64,000 nt of DNA from an uncultured bacterium (GTDB lineage Bacteria > Acidobacteriota > HRBIN11 > JAKEFK01). Made by a program: the position numbers and the translations under genes. Below, one piece after another: positions 28,442 to 38,871 of the stretch. The DNA lies in assembly GCA_963843285.1 (NCBI GenBank), contig CAWJJO010000022.1, positions 60,985-124,984 on the forward strand, read 5' to 3'. Each line of letters opens with the position of its first letter. Positions within the stretch are counted from its first letter, which is position 1. Under the pieces are notes generated by a model. The model was not told where the DNA came from. It worked only from the letters and a program-made list of their open reading frames with translations, and searched no databases.

Positions 28442-30262
28442 CTAGTTGGAAACATCTTCCCGAAGCATCGCCTGGGTCAGCATGGTAGAGGCTTTTTGCA
28501 TCGCTTCGAGAGAGATCTTCATCTTGTTTGCATCTTCGACCCGGCAAGCTTCTTCCGCTTCATGGAAAAAACCGGTTAAAGTCATCTGTTCTTGTCCATC
28601 TAACTTATTAGAAAACTGTTCGTAGACTTTCTTGTTGGAAGCGAGCAATTGTCCCAGCTGGTTCTTGATACCGTCTAGATCCTTGACCGCTGCCGCCTGT
28701 TTTTGTTCTTGCACTGTATTTGTAGCCAGGCGGTGAACTTCGTCACGGCTCAAACCGCTGGATGCAGAAATTGTGATCGCCTGCTTAAGGCCGGTGTTGG
28801 AATCCCGCGCCGACACCTGGACAATTCCGTTCGCATCGATGTCGAATGTAACTTCAATCTGCGGAACACCTTTTGGCGCAGGGAGGATTCCTGTGAGCTC
28901 GAATTTTCCGAGGGATTTGTTCTGTTGCGCTTTTTCTCCTTCGCCTTGCAGAATATTAATCTCTACCGTGCTCTGGTTGTCCTGAACAGTCGTAAAAATC
29001 AAGCTCTTGCGTGTCGGAATCGTTGTGTTCTTTTCGATAATGACGGTAAAGTTTCCGCCGCGTGTCTCAATTCCAAGAGGAAGAGGTGTAACGTCCAGCA
29101 GGACGACATCTTTGACTTCCGCGTTTAACACAGCCCCCTGAACGGCGGCCCCCATGGCGACTACTTCGTCGGGGTTGATGTCACGATTGGGCGCTTTCCC
29201 GAAAATCTTGTGGACCCGTTCGATGACTTTCGGTGTTCGTGTTTGGCCTCCAACGAGAATGATCTGACTTAGATTCTCCAGCTTGATGCCTGCGTCTTTC
29301 AGCGCGTCGTAGCAGGGCTTCTCAATCTGGTCCAGTAAGTCTCCGATGAGGATCTCAAACTTGGATCGCTGCAACGTAAGATCCAGGTGCCTGGGGCCGT
29401 GCTGGTCCGCAGTAATAAACGGGAGGTTGATTTTGGCTTCCAGTGTTGTGGAAAGTTCACATTTGGCTTTTTCCGCAGCCTCTTTGATACGCTGCATCGC
29501 CATGCGATCCTGCGAAAGATCGATTCCGGTTTGATCGCCAAATTCTTCCAGCATCCAGGCGATTACACGCCGGTCGAAATCTTCGCCGCCCAAAAACGTG
29601 TTTCCGTTGGTCGCAAGGACTTCGAACACTCCTTCAGAAATTTCCAGGATGGTGATATCAAATGTTCCGCCGCCAAGATCAAAGACAGCGATTGTTTCAT
29701 GCACATTCTTATTGAGTCCATAAGCCAGCGCGGCGGCTGTCGGCTCGTTGATGATCCGTTTTACATTCAGACCGGCGATTTGACCTGCGTCCTTCGTTGC
29801 CTGTCTCTGGCTGTCGTTAAAATGCGCAGGGACGGTGATGATCGCATCCGAAATCTCGTATCCGAGATAATCTTCCGAATACCGTTTGATCGTCTGCAGG
29901 ATATACGAAGAGATTTCTTCCGGGCTGTACTCGTGGTCTTTTACTTTGATCCGAATGTCGCCGTTGGAAGCGCGGTTGAGCTGATAAGGCAGAAAGCCCC
30001 GGACTGTTTCAATTTCCGGCGCATCGAACTTTCGCCCGATGAGTCTTTTGACGGCGTAGATGGTGTTGATGGGATTTACTACCGCCTGTCGTTTCGCAAT
30101 TTGTCCCACCAGACGATCGGCCTTCTCAGAAAATGCCACGATGGAAGGAGTCGTTCGAGCCCCCTCCAGATTCGGGATCACCTGGGGTACTCCGTTTTCA
30201 AAGACCGCAACGCAGGAATTTGTCGTCCCCAGATCAATTCCTATGATTCGTTGTTCTCCCAT
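28442..30262 (-). CDS. dnaK: Chaperone DnaK
   Basis: [18 protein letters not shown] and [16 protein letters not shown] motifs. Confidence 0.97.
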   Translation of the reverse strand: MGEQRIIGIDLGTTNSCVAVFENGVPQVIPNLEGARTTPSIVAFSEKADRLVGQIAKRQAVVNPINTIYAVKRLIGRKFDAPEIETVRGFLPYQLNRASNGDIRIKVKDHEYSPEEISSYILQTIKRYSEDYLGYEISDAIITVPAHFNDSQRQATKDAGQIAGLNVKRIINEPTAAALAYGLNKNVHETIAVFDLGGGTFDITILEISEGVFEVLATNGNTFLGGEDFDRRVIAWMLEEFGDQTGIDLSQDRMAMQRIKEAAEKAKCELSTTLEAKINLPFITADQHGPRHLDLTLQRSKFEILIGDLLDQIEKPCYDALKDAGIKLENLSQIILVGGQTRTPKVIERVHKIFGKAPNRDINPDEVVAMGAAVQGAVLNAEVKDVVLLDVTPLPLGIETRGGNFTVIIEKNTTIPTRKSLIFTTVQDNQSTVEINILQGEGEKAQQNKSLGKFELTGILPAPKGVPQIEVTFDIDANGIVQVSARDSNTGLKQAITISASSGLSRDEVHRLATNTVQEQKQAAAVKDLDGIKNQLGQLLASNKKVYEQFSNKLDGQEQMTLTGFFHEAEEACRVEDANKMKISLEAMQKASTMLTQAMLREDVSN

Positions 30263-30966
30263 TCCTCTCCATTCTCCTGATCGGGTTTTTCCCCTCGCTT
30301 CGAATCTCGCGGAGTGCCCGGTTGCGCCGTTTGATCGGATTTGTGGCTGACTTTCACAAGTGCGGGCCGCAGCAGCCTATCGTGAAAGAAATACCCCCTT
30401 TGCAGTTCTTCCAGAATTGTATTTTCCGGCAGATCTTCGCGCAGCTCGCGTCCGATCGCTTCATGAAAGTTTGGATCGAAAAGCTGTCCCTCGGTTTCCA
30501 CCGGACGTAGCCCTTTCTTTTCCATTGCATCCCGAAGTTGGCGATAGATCAGTTCTACCCCTCGCCTGTACTGTGCATCCAGTTCTTCATCCATATGACT
30601 CAGAGCTCGTTCGAAATTATCCAGGATGGGAATCAGATCCAGCACAAAGGCGGAAAGGGCATATTTTTGAAATTCTCTTTTTTCTTTATCTGCCCGCTTC
30701 CGGTAGTTTTCAAAATCTGCCTGTTTCCGGAGAAGTCGATCGTAAAGATCATCCTTTTCACGCTGCAGTTCTCCCAGCTTTTTTTCTATTCCGGGAACAG
30801 CAAGCTCAACAGCAGGGTCTTCCATTTCATCTTCCGGGTCATCAGAATATGAAGAAGGAGCATCGGGATCTAAAACTTCGATATGGATATCGTCGTCGTC
30901 CACTCCATTCCCTTTAGATCCAAAATCTCCGGAGTCTCCATCCATCTTGTCGTTGTCGTCAACCAT
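30241..30966 (-). CDS. grpE: Nucleotide exchange factor GrpE
   Basis: ADFENYRKR, DNFERAL, FDPNFHEA and LLRPALVKV motifs. Confidence 0.96.
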   Translation of the reverse strand: MVDDNDKMDGDSGDFGSKGNGVDDDDIHIEVLDPDAPSSYSDDPEDEMEDPAVELAVPGIEKKLGELQREKDDLYDRLLRKQADFENYRKRADKEKREFQKYALSAFVLDLIPILDNFERALSHMDEELDAQYRRGVELIYRQLRDAMEKKGLRPVETEGQLFDPNFHEAIGRELREDLPENTILEELQRGYFFHDRLLRPALVKVSHKSDQTAQPGTPRDSKRGEKPDQENGEEWENNES

Positions 30967-30968
30967 TC

Positions 30969-32021
30969 CTAACTCTGTTTCGTCAACACATCGCTGATGA
31001 CTTTTGCAATATGATCAACCAGGGGAATCATTCTCCCGTATTCCATACGAGTAGGTCCCAGAATACCGAGAGTTCCCACAGCCTGATCTTTATACCTGTA
31101 GCTCGAGGAAATCAGCGAAAGACCTTTGAAATCAGGGTCCGAGCTTTCCGAGCCGATCAGGATGTGGATACCACCTTCCCCCGAAATACATTCATTTAGA
31201 ATATGCAGAATTTTGCTCTTTTGTTCAAGTGCTTCAAGCAGATCCCTGGTTCTCGCGGAATCGGAAAATTCAGGATAGCCCATCATCTGGGAGGCTCCAA
31301 TGACATAGAGTTGTTCCCGTTCGGTGGCGCCTTCGAGAGATTTTTGGCTCAGGATCATCGCTTTTTTCAAGAGCAGGTCGTATTGCGTCTGCTCTCGTTT
31401 CATCAAGTCCAGAATTCGGCTTCGGATTCGTGTCAAACTCTGACCACAAAACTCTGTCCGGATATAATTGGCAATCTGGATTAGCTCGTCCTGAGTCACA
31501 GATTCTTCCATCTCGATCACCTTGTTGCTGATCACGCCGCCGCGTGTAACCAGAATCGCCAGAATCCGCTTGTTGTTGATCAGGACAAAATCCATGCTTT
31601 CCAGCACCATTCGCTCCAGATCAGGAGCTGCCGCGAGCGCAATGTTGTGGGACAGCTGGGCCAGCAGGGTCGTGGTCAGGACGAGCAATTCTTCAAAATT
31701 CCCGAACCTGCTTTGGATGCTGCTCTCGATCTTTTCCTTCTGAGAAAGATTCAGCCCATGACCACGAATCAGATGATTCACAAAGAAGCGGTATCCCTTA
31801 TCGGTGGGAATCCGCCCCGCCGACGTATGGGGCTGTGTGATGTAACCCATTTCTTCTAGATCCGCCAGTACATTTCTGATTGTTGCCGGACTCAGATCCA
31901 TCTTTCCTTTTTTCGAAAGAGTACGAGAACCTACGGGTTCTCCCGTCACACAGTAACTGGAAATGAGCTCGCGCAAAATCCTCTTGCCGCGGTCATCTAA
32001 TTGATCTTCCCGTTGTTTCAT
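30969..32021 (-). CDS. hrcA: Heat-inducible repressor HrcA
   Basis: EPVGSRTL, SPATIRN, QPHTSAGRIPT and GPTRMEY motifs. Confidence 0.97.
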   Translation of the reverse strand: MKQREDQLDDRGKRILRELISSYCVTGEPVGSRTLSKKGKMDLSPATIRNVLADLEEMGYITQPHTSAGRIPTDKGYRFFVNHLIRGHGLNLSQKEKIESSIQSRFGNFEELLVLTTTLLAQLSHNIALAAAPDLERMVLESMDFVLINNKRILAILVTRGGVISNKVIEMEESVTQDELIQIANYIRTEFCGQSLTRIRSRILDLMKREQTQYDLLLKKAMILSQKSLEGATEREQLYVIGASQMMGYPEFSDSARTRDLLEALEQKSKILHILNECISGEGGIHILIGSESSDPDFKGLSLISSSYRYKDQAVGTLGILGPTRMEYGRMIPLVDHIAKVISDVLTKQS

Positions 32022-32052
32022 GGCTGGTAAGAAGGCGTAAAAATTCAGTTAA

Positions 32053-32081
32053 AATGTAACATCGCACCTTTTTCTTGTCAA
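32053..32081 (-). promoter_or_regulatory. Sigma-70-type promoter of the hrcA operon
   Basis: TTGACA-17 nt-TACATT on the minus strand. Confidence 0.7.
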
Positions 32082-32148
32082 GTTCGGGCGGCTATAATTC
32101 TAGCCGTATCAGTAACTTGCGGAAGGAATTCACCTTGAATTTAGGTTT

Positions 32149-32220
32149 GGAGCTGCGGGCGTCCCTGCCCGCAGTAGGTTGGATCTTCCGCTTGTGGCGG
32201 GCACGGAGGCCGCCGGCTAC
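32149..32220. repeat. GC-rich REP-like doublet
   Basis: GGAGCTGCGGGCGTCCCTGCCCGC ... GCGGGCACGGAGGCCGCCGGCTAC. Confidence 0.78.
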
Positions 32221-32231
32221 AAATGGGGCCT

Positions 32232-32885
32232 TTATCCTACCTGGATGATTTTGCGTTTGCTGACTTCTTCCAGGGAATCCTTTAGTTTGCTGAATCTAGT
32301 TTGTGTGTCCTTCAGGTATTGCGGATCCTTGATCGAGGGAAGATTGATGTCGATGTTTTCAATCGCTCCTCTTGCGCCTGCCTGACATAGATATTCCGCG
32401 ACCTTCAGGTCAGAGAAGGCTGATGGATTTCCAAGAATTGCAACTTCTGCCACAAGATACAAACATTCGGTACACGCTTTCAGGATTTGTAACGGCGTTT
32501 CAACAGCTTTCTGAAACGCATGCTGAATCGCTTGCTGGCGCCCGCGAATTTCCTCTTCCGTAGTCTTCGGCAGTTTGAATGCTTGCATGACTTCGCCGTA
32601 GGCGAGGCTATCTTCGGTGATCAAGCGTGTAAGTTTTTGTTGATAGGAGGACGCTTCGATGGCAGTCTTTTGCAAAACATCCTGATCATCACTCGATACT
32701 CCTTTGCGCACAACGCCGAGTTTGCTAAACATGACAATCAACGCTGCGCCAAGCGCGCCGGCCATCGCAGAAACGCTTCCGCCTCCCGGGATCGGCTCTT
32801 CTGAAGCGAGCTTTCTCAAGAAATCGGAAATGGTCCAATTCGATAACTGGTTTGGATCTAATGGAGCTTTTGGTTTTTGTTCCAC
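32232..32885 (-). CDS. Formiminotetrahydrofolate cyclodeaminase-family protein
   Basis: LASEEPIPGGGSVSA, AFKLPK and GNPSAFSD motifs; downstream of hutI. Confidence 0.88.
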   Translation of the reverse strand: MEQKPKAPLDPNQLSNWTISDFLRKLASEEPIPGGGSVSAMAGALGAALIVMFSKLGVVRKGVSSDDQDVLQKTAIEASSYQQKLTRLITEDSLAYGEVMQAFKLPKTTEEEIRGRQQAIQHAFQKAVETPLQILKACTECLYLVAEVAILGNPSAFSDLKVAEYLCQAGARGAIENIDINLPSIKDPQYLKDTQTRFSKLKDSLEEVSKRKIIQVG

Positions 32886-34081
32886 AGTACCTTCCCTCGT
32901 TTGACGACAGTTTCAAGCCGGTTCGCACCTAGATTATAGAAGAGATAACCGTAATGGGGAATATCAAAGATCAGGCAATCCATCTGTTTTCCGGGTTCCA
33001 GCGACCCTGTTCTTGCATCGATGCCGAGCGCGGCGGCCCCATGGAGCGTCGCGGCAGTGATCGCCTCTTCAGCGGTGAGTCCATAGAGCAGCGTGGAAAG
33101 CTGCAAGATGTATTGCATTGAATGACAGTAACAGGTTCCCGGATTGAAGTCCGTGGCGATGGCGACGCGTACGCCCTGTTGGATCATCTTTCGCGCCGGC
33201 GCATGACGCGGCATTCGCAAAGAAAAGGAAGTACCCGGAAGCAGAACAGCGCAGACTCCCGCCTCTGCCATTCTGGCGATTCCTTCCTCGTTTGCAAAAA
33301 TCAGATGATCTGCGGAAACAGCATTCAGTTCAGCTGCTAGAGCGGCGCCATTCACATCCGCCAGTTCATCGACATGCAGTTTCATGCGCAGCCCCAGTTC
33401 CAACGCTCGCTTTCCGATGACGCGGGTTTGCTCGATGGAATAGTAGCCCTGGTCACAAAAGACATCACAAAAATCCGCCAGTTTTTCCGTTGCGACTTGC
33501 GGCATCATATGTTCTTGTAGTTCCGCGAGATAGTCTTCCCGCGATTTTTCTTTTGGAAAATCGTGCGCTCCCAGAAATGTGACCACGATGTCCAGCGGCG
33601 ATATCGCGCGCAAATGATTGGCCACCCGCAGGAGCTTTATTTCACTTTCGAGAGTGAGACCATAACCGGATTTGATTTCCACTGTGGTGGCGCCAAACGA
33701 CAACATCGTTTGTAGGTCCTCTCGCGCAGATTCCAAAAGTTGCTCTGAGGACGCTTCCCGCGTGGCCCTTACCGTAGACTGGATGCCTCCTCCAGACGCT
33801 GCGATTTCCTGGTATGTTGCTCCCCGCAGCCGCATCAAGAATTCATTGCACCGGTTTCCGGCAAAAATCAGATGGGTATGAGCATCGACAAAACCCGGAA
33901 GGAGCACTTTCCCCGAAACATCGATTCTTTCCGCTAATGGGTAAGAGGCCAGCGCTTCTTCGCTGCTTCCCACGAATACAATCAGATCCTGATCGTAAAC
34001 AATTGCGCCCCGATCGAGGACACGGAACGCGCCGTCGGCCTGGGGAGTGATGATCTGGGCGGCATGGTGAAGGACAATCAT
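32858..34081 (-). CDS. hutI: Imidazolonepropionase
   Basis: PGFVDAHTH, GGGIQSTV, EIKSGYGL, DVFCD and ATDFNPG motifs. Confidence 0.95.
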   Translation of the reverse strand: MIVLHHAAQIITPQADGAFRVLDRGAIVYDQDLIVFVGSSEEALASYPLAERIDVSGKVLLPGFVDAHTHLIFAGNRCNEFLMRLRGATYQEIAASGGGIQSTVRATREASSEQLLESAREDLQTMLSFGATTVEIKSGYGLTLESEIKLLRVANHLRAISPLDIVVTFLGAHDFPKEKSREDYLAELQEHMMPQVATEKLADFCDVFCDQGYYSIEQTRVIGKRALELGLRMKLHVDELADVNGAALAAELNAVSADHLIFANEEGIARMAEAGVCAVLLPGTSFSLRMPRHAPARKMIQQGVRVAIATDFNPGTCYCHSMQYILQLSTLLYGLTAEEAITAATLHGAAALGIDARTGSLEPGKQMDCLIFDIPHYGYLFYNLGANRLETVVKRGKVLWNKNQKLH

Positions 34082-34368
34082 CAACGAAAAATCTGTTCGA
34101 GCGTTTTTTCACTTGCGCCGGATATCCGGAGACGCTTTGTTCGCGCATGTTCGCCGGAAATGATTTCAATCTGACGAACCGGAATGGACAATTTCCCTGC
34201 AAATACTTCACGCAGCTGTTTGTTGGCGGCGCCATCGACCGGCGGGGAGGTCAACTTCACTTTGAAGTTGTTGGAACCCTGCGGGAGGATCGATGTTTCC
34301 GAAGAACGCGGAATCACACGGACAGAGATCACGCAACTCTCGCTACTTGGTGTCCTGCGCTTTTGCAT
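34081..34368 (-). CDS. DUF167 / YggU family protein
   Basis: VRVIPRSS, PPVDGAAN and GEHARTK motifs. Confidence 0.88.
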   Translation of the reverse strand: MQKRRTPSSESCVISVRVIPRSSETSILPQGSNNFKVKLTSPPVDGAANKQLREVFAGKLSIPVRQIEIISGEHARTKRLRISGASEKTLEQIFR

Positions 34369-34843
34369 AATACATGACTTTTTCGGCAGTCTTCTCTTCT
34401 TCTCTTTGATACTCCAGCATTTTTTCCATGATCTGCATCGATGTCTGAATCTTGTCCTGCAGTGCCTTTCGTTGCAACCGCAAATCCAGCATGTCCTTCT
34501 GAATCTTCAGCACCTGGCTCTGAGCGTGTTCCATCATCTTGACTGCTCTGAACTCGGCTTCCTTGATGATCAGGTCCGCTTCCTTCTTCGCCATGATCGC
34601 CATCGACTCGCTCGTCTTTTGAGCCGTCACAAGCGTATTCTTCAGAATCTTGTCGCGTTCTTCGTAGTCGCTGAGCAATTCTTTGAGTCTGTCGATTTCC
34701 TGTTTGTACGAGTCATTCTGGCGGCTCAGTTCTTCCATTTGTTCCGCTACGGTTGTCAGGAAGTTGCGGACTTCGTCTTGATCGAAGCCTCTGAGCGTGG
34801 TTTGAAATTTTTGACGTTGAATGTCGATCGAGGAAATTCTCAT
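34343..34843 (-). CDS. DivIVA-domain protein
   Basis: DIQRQKF..LRGFDQDEV..FL followed by a coiled coil. Confidence 0.9.
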   Translation of the reverse strand: MRISSIDIQRQKFQTTLRGFDQDEVRNFLTTVAEQMEELSRQNDSYKQEIDRLKELLSDYEERDKILKNTLVTAQKTSESMAIMAKKEADLIIKEAEFRAVKMMEHAQSQVLKIQKDMLDLRLQRKALQDKIQTSMQIMEKMLEYQREEEKTAEKVMYYAKAQDTK

Positions 34844-34851
34844 GGATGCTC

Positions 34852-35166
34852 CTAATGGCCTTGTAAATACTGGCTCCGGTGAAGATATGCGTAATCGAAC
34901 AGGCTGCCAACCACCACGATCCGGATCAGGATCAAGATTAGAAAAATGATCATGGGGCTGAGATCGAGCCCAAACTTTACGGGCAGCCGCCTTCGCAGCG
35001 GCTGCAAAATCGGCTCGGTAATCTGGTAAATCAGATTTGTAATCTGATTGTGCGGGATGCGGATCCAGGAAAGCACGACCCTCGCAAATATTACGACAAG
35101 GAAAAACGTAATCGCGTAATCCAGGATATAGGCAAACGCCTCGATCACGCGCAGTAATATTAGCAT
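34852..35166 (-). CDS. YggT family membrane protein
   Basis: LSW, ITEPIL.PLRR and LDLSPMI motifs. Confidence 0.92.
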   Translation of the reverse strand: MLILLRVIEAFAYILDYAITFFLVVIFARVVLSWIRIPHNQITNLIYQITEPILQPLRRRLPVKFGLDLSPMIIFLILILIRIVVVGSLFDYAYLHRSQYLQGH

Positions 35167-35178
35167 GATCGTATTATA

Positions 35179-35859
35179 TCATCCGTTCGCCGGATGTGTC
35201 CTTTTTCCAAACAACGCTGTCCCGATTCGCACCATGGTGGCTCCCTCTTCGATTGCCACGATATAGTCGTGGGACATTCCCATCGATAGCTCGGTTAGCT
35301 CTGGATATTCCAGCATGTACTGATCGCGAAGGTCACGGAGGCGGCGAAAATAAGGTCGCACTTTTTCCGCATCTTCCATATAAGGAGGGATCGTCATCAA
35401 GCCACGAATGCGACTGCAGGCCAGATCTTTTCCGGCCCGCAGCAGATCGGGCAACTCCTTCTCCGTTGTCCCCGATTTGCTCTCCTCTCCGCCGAGGTTG
35501 ATTTCGAGCAGAAGGTTGATTTGTTTGGATTGTTTCACGGCTTCTTTTTCGACATGCTGGAGAAGCTTGATTGAATCGATGGAATGGATCCAGGAAAAAA
35601 AGCGGACCGCATCGCGGCTCTTGTTTGTCTGCAAATGCCCGATGAAGTGCCATTCCAATGGCAACGCCCCGAGCTCCTGGATTTTGGAAATCGCTTCCTG
35701 AATCCGGTTTTCACCGAATACACGGATTCCCGCCTCATAAGCTTCCTGCAATTTTGCAGCCGGATGCGTTTTAGAAACAGCAATAATCTTGACGTTTCGG
35801 CTCCCAACCTCGCGAAGAATCTCCTGCCAATTTGTCTTGATAACCGCGTCACTCATCAT
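35179..35859 (-). CDS. yggS: PLP homeostasis protein YggS
   Basis: IAVSKT, FGENRIQE, WHFIGHLQTNK, LSMGMS and VRIGTALFG motifs. Confidence 0.96.
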   Translation of the reverse strand: MMSDAVIKTNWQEILREVGSRNVKIIAVSKTHPAAKLQEAYEAGIRVFGENRIQEAISKIQELGALPLEWHFIGHLQTNKSRDAVRFFSWIHSIDSIKLLQHVEKEAVKQSKQINLLLEINLGGEESKSGTTEKELPDLLRAGKDLACSRIRGLMTIPPYMEDAEKVRPYFRRLRDLRDQYMLEYPELTELSMGMSHDYIVAIEEGATMVRIGTALFGKRTHPANG

Positions 35860-35932
35860 CGCTTCCTAATGCTACTACGGATCGAAATCGGGGACACCAC
35901 CAGGTTGCTCTATAACACTGGATCATGTCATT

Positions 35933-36015
35933 CGGTTTGTAACGCCGGCGTCTCGCCGGCAGCACTCGATGTGGACCAAGTCCTTTTGCCGGCGGGACGC
36001 CGGCGCTACAAACCG
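35933..36015. repeat. REP-like doublet CGGTTTGTAACGCCGGCGTCTCGCCGGC
   Basis: Same arms as the 23504 copy, different spacer. Confidence 0.9.
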
Positions 36016-36063
36016 TTTTCACGGTTCGCTTCTGTTACAATTGCGTGATTATAGGAAGCATTC

Positions 36064-38121
36064 TTGAAACAGCGCGAAGATTTTGTCGTGAGCAGCTCCC
36101 GGTCAGTATTTCTATCTGCAGTGCTACTCACTGGTGTTGTCTTGCTCCTCTTCCCTTCGACCATTTATCGCGGGAACGCATCGTTTATTGATTCTCCCTT
36201 TTTTTATATCGTTCTCGTAATACTTCCTATCTGGCTCCTTCTGACGCTGTTGATGTGGCTTCCTTCTCTTTTCCTGAAAGGGAAGCTGCGAATCGCCTAT
36301 GGTGGTATTCTGGCATCTCTCGCCTTGATGTTCTGGGTTTGTGGCAATTTCTTGTTTTCATTTCGCGGGCTGCTGGATGGCAAGCAGCAGCTTCTCGTTG
36401 CTCCCCGGGAGTATCAGTATTCTGAGCTTGTTGCTCTGGTCTGCGGGGTGTTGATTCTAATCGCGATCGCCTGCAGAATTCCCAAAATCTTTTCCAGGCT
36501 GGTCGCAATCATCAATCTCATGATCCTGGCGCTGGTTGCAATTGTGATTCTTACAGATCAGAAAAGCCTTCATATTAGTTCCAACAAGGATTCCATTTAT
36601 CGGGTATCTTCCGGCAAAAATGTTTTTGTTTTCCTGTTTGATACCCTGGAATCCGGGTTATTCAAGCAGATCCTTCAAGAAAATCCGGACCTGAAAGAAA
36701 GACTGGGAGGATTCGTTTACTTTTCAGAAACTACCGGGGTTGCTCCAACGACATATCTTTCTTTGCCGGCGATCCATTCCGGAGCCGAATATTCACCGGG
36801 TACCTCTCTGGAAGACTATTACGAACGCGCAGTAAGGAAGGATTCTTTCGTAGCCAGGCTTTCCGCAAAGGGGTATGACTCATTTGTTGTGAATGCTGTG
36901 GGCCCTTGTCCGGCGGGCGCCACTTGTTTTCCATCCAAAGAATTGGTTGAGGGATTTTGGGGTTCAGTGGCGAAGGATACTTGTTTTCTGATCGATCTTT
37001 CACTTTACCGTGTCGTGCCTTCCTTCTTTAAACAAGCTATTTACAACGAAGGGCAGTGGTCCGTTGTGCCGCTTTTCTTCCAAAAAACGAGGGCCGAGGA
37101 AAGCAATGAGGTTCTCACTCGGGTTGCAGAAAAGTTCGTGGCCGGGCGGAATACGCCGTGTCTACGTTTTTTCCATTTGTTCAACACTCATCCGCCGATT
37201 CAACTGGATTCCCAATGCAGACGGATCACCAATGCAAAATGGAACTGGGAAAATGCAAAAAATCAGGCAACATGTGCGATTCGACACTTTGCGGATGCTA
37301 TGGGGGGCTTGAAAAAAAATAACCTCTTCGATAATGCTTTGATTATTGCGCTTGCGGATCACGGATGTTTATTCGCCTCCGGGGACAAACCTTCCATTTT
37401 GGGGGCAGCTCATCCGATGCTCCTGGTCAAGCCGTTTGGTGTCCCGAAGAGGTTTCGAATATCGCGTTCGATTGTTTTTCTCACGGATCTTGCCGCAACA
37501 ATTTGCAAGCTTACAAAAGATTGTAACCGGGAGCGCGGAATTTCAGTTTTTGATGCTTCTAACTTTCACTCAAGGACTGTTGTCTTTCACGATTACGAAT
37601 GGCGGCACAAATATTGGAAGAGCAAAAGTATACCGATGAGAGCTGCTTATATCATTGATGGTCCAGTTGACGATGTCTTTTCCTGGTTTAAATTGATTCC
37701 TCAGGACCGGCTGAATATTCGGCATTTGGATTTTTCGTCGGCAGATCCGGAAGAAGCATTTGGTTTCGGATGGCGAAAACAGGAAAACCAGGAAAACGGA
37801 AGAACACGTTGGACCACAGGACGTTATGCGCAGTTGTATCTTTCGCTCCCGCGCAACGGAAATACGAAAGTGAATCTACTGGTCTCAACTCATACGGAGA
37901 ATCCAAGACAGAACATCACCCTGTATCTGGAAACCGAGCGAATCGGTAAGGTCCCCGTTCTTCCGGGTGGGTGGAAGCAAGTGAGTTTTGATGTTCCAGG
38001 AAGTCTGGTATTAAAGTCATTGAGCCGCCTGACCTTTGAATTTCACGAATGGCGTCCCGCGAGAAATGGAACTGTTCCTCTCTCAGTTGCTTTTCACAAA
38101 CTGGATATCAGCACTCCCTGA
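36064..38121 (+). CDS. Membrane-anchored sulfatase/LTA-synthase-like (alkaline phosphatase superfamily) protein
   Basis: About five N-terminal TM helices; VFLFDTL, TTYLSL, HLFNTHPP and LADHG motifs. Start uncertain. Confidence 0.65.
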   Translation: MKQREDFVVSSSRSVFLSAVLLTGVVLLLFPSTIYRGNASFIDSPFFYIVLVILPIWLLLTLLMWLPSLFLKGKLRIAYGGILASLALMFWVCGNFLFSFRGLLDGKQQLLVAPREYQYSELVALVCGVLILIAIACRIPKIFSRLVAIINLMILALVAIVILTDQKSLHISSNKDSIYRVSSGKNVFVFLFDTLESGLFKQILQENPDLKERLGGFVYFSETTGVAPTTYLSLPAIHSGAEYSPGTSLEDYYERAVRKDSFVARLSAKGYDSFVVNAVGPCPAGATCFPSKELVEGFWGSVAKDTCFLIDLSLYRVVPSFFKQAIYNEGQWSVVPLFFQKTRAEESNEVLTRVAEKFVAGRNTPCLRFFHLFNTHPPIQLDSQCRRITNAKWNWENAKNQATCAIRHFADAMGGLKKNNLFDNALIIALADHGCLFASGDKPSILGAAHPMLLVKPFGVPKRFRISRSIVFLTDLAATICKLTKDCNRERGISVFDASNFHSRTVVFHDYEWRHKYWKSKSIPMRAAYIIDGPVDDVFSWFKLIPQDRLNIRHLDFSSADPEEAFGFGWRKQENQENGRTRWTTGRYAQLYLSLPRNGNTKVNLLVSTHTENPRQNITLYLETERIGKVPVLPGGWKQVSFDVPGSLVLKSLSRLTFEFHEWRPARNGTVPLSVAFHKLDISTP

Positions 38122-38220
38122 AAACCGCAGAACTTTGATCAACGCACCCAACATGCGAACATATTCCTTCCTTGTGAGAAACCTTACACGCCCCCTATGA
38201 TACAATCAGGTGCCGCTGTT

Positions 38221-38871
38221 ATGAAATCCGGTTTACTCATCACCTTCGAGGGCATAGAAGGATGCGGGAAGTCGACTCAGCTCCGGCTCGCGGCAGAGTG
38301 GCTTGCGAGCAAACAAATTGATTCTTTCTGTACCAGAGAACCCGGCGGCACACAGATTGGTACTGAGATCCGTAAGATTCTTCTTTCCCAAAATACCGTT
38401 GCGCTCGTACCCATTTCGGAAGCGCTCCTCTATATGGCGGATCGTTTTCAGCATATTGCAGAAGTCATCCAACCACGGCTTGCGGCAGGCCAATTGGTTC
38501 TGTGCGATCGATATCACGACAGCACTGTCGCGTATCAGGGTTACGCGCGAGGGATCCCGATGGATTTGCTGAATCATGTTTGGAAGGGTTCGAGTATCTA
38601 CAGAGATCCGGATCTGACTCTTTTGTTTGATCTCGATCCCGAGACCGGCATCCGTCGCTCGATGCAAAAGCTGCAGCTTCTCAACCTCGACGAATCCAGA
38701 TTTGAGCGGGAGGCGCTCGAATTCCATTCAAAGGTGCGAAACGGATTTCTCTCCCTTTCAAAGTTGTACCCCGAACGGTTTGAAATTCTAGATGCTGCCC
38801 GTTCTATCCAAGAGGTTCATCGGGAGACTGTCTTGATTTTGCAGCGCCGGCTGGAGTCCATAGGGCTATGA
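38221..38871 (+). CDS. tmk: Thymidylate kinase
   Basis: ITFEGIEGCGKSTQ, TREPGG and DRYHDSTVAYQG motifs. Confidence 0.96.
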   Translation: MKSGLLITFEGIEGCGKSTQLRLAAEWLASKQIDSFCTREPGGTQIGTEIRKILLSQNTVALVPISEALLYMADRFQHIAEVIQPRLAAGQLVLCDRYHDSTVAYQGYARGIPMDLLNHVWKGSSIYRDPDLTLLFDLDPETGIRRSMQKLQLLNLDESRFEREALEFHSKVRNGFLSLSKLYPERFEILDAARSIQEVHRETVLILQRRLESIGL

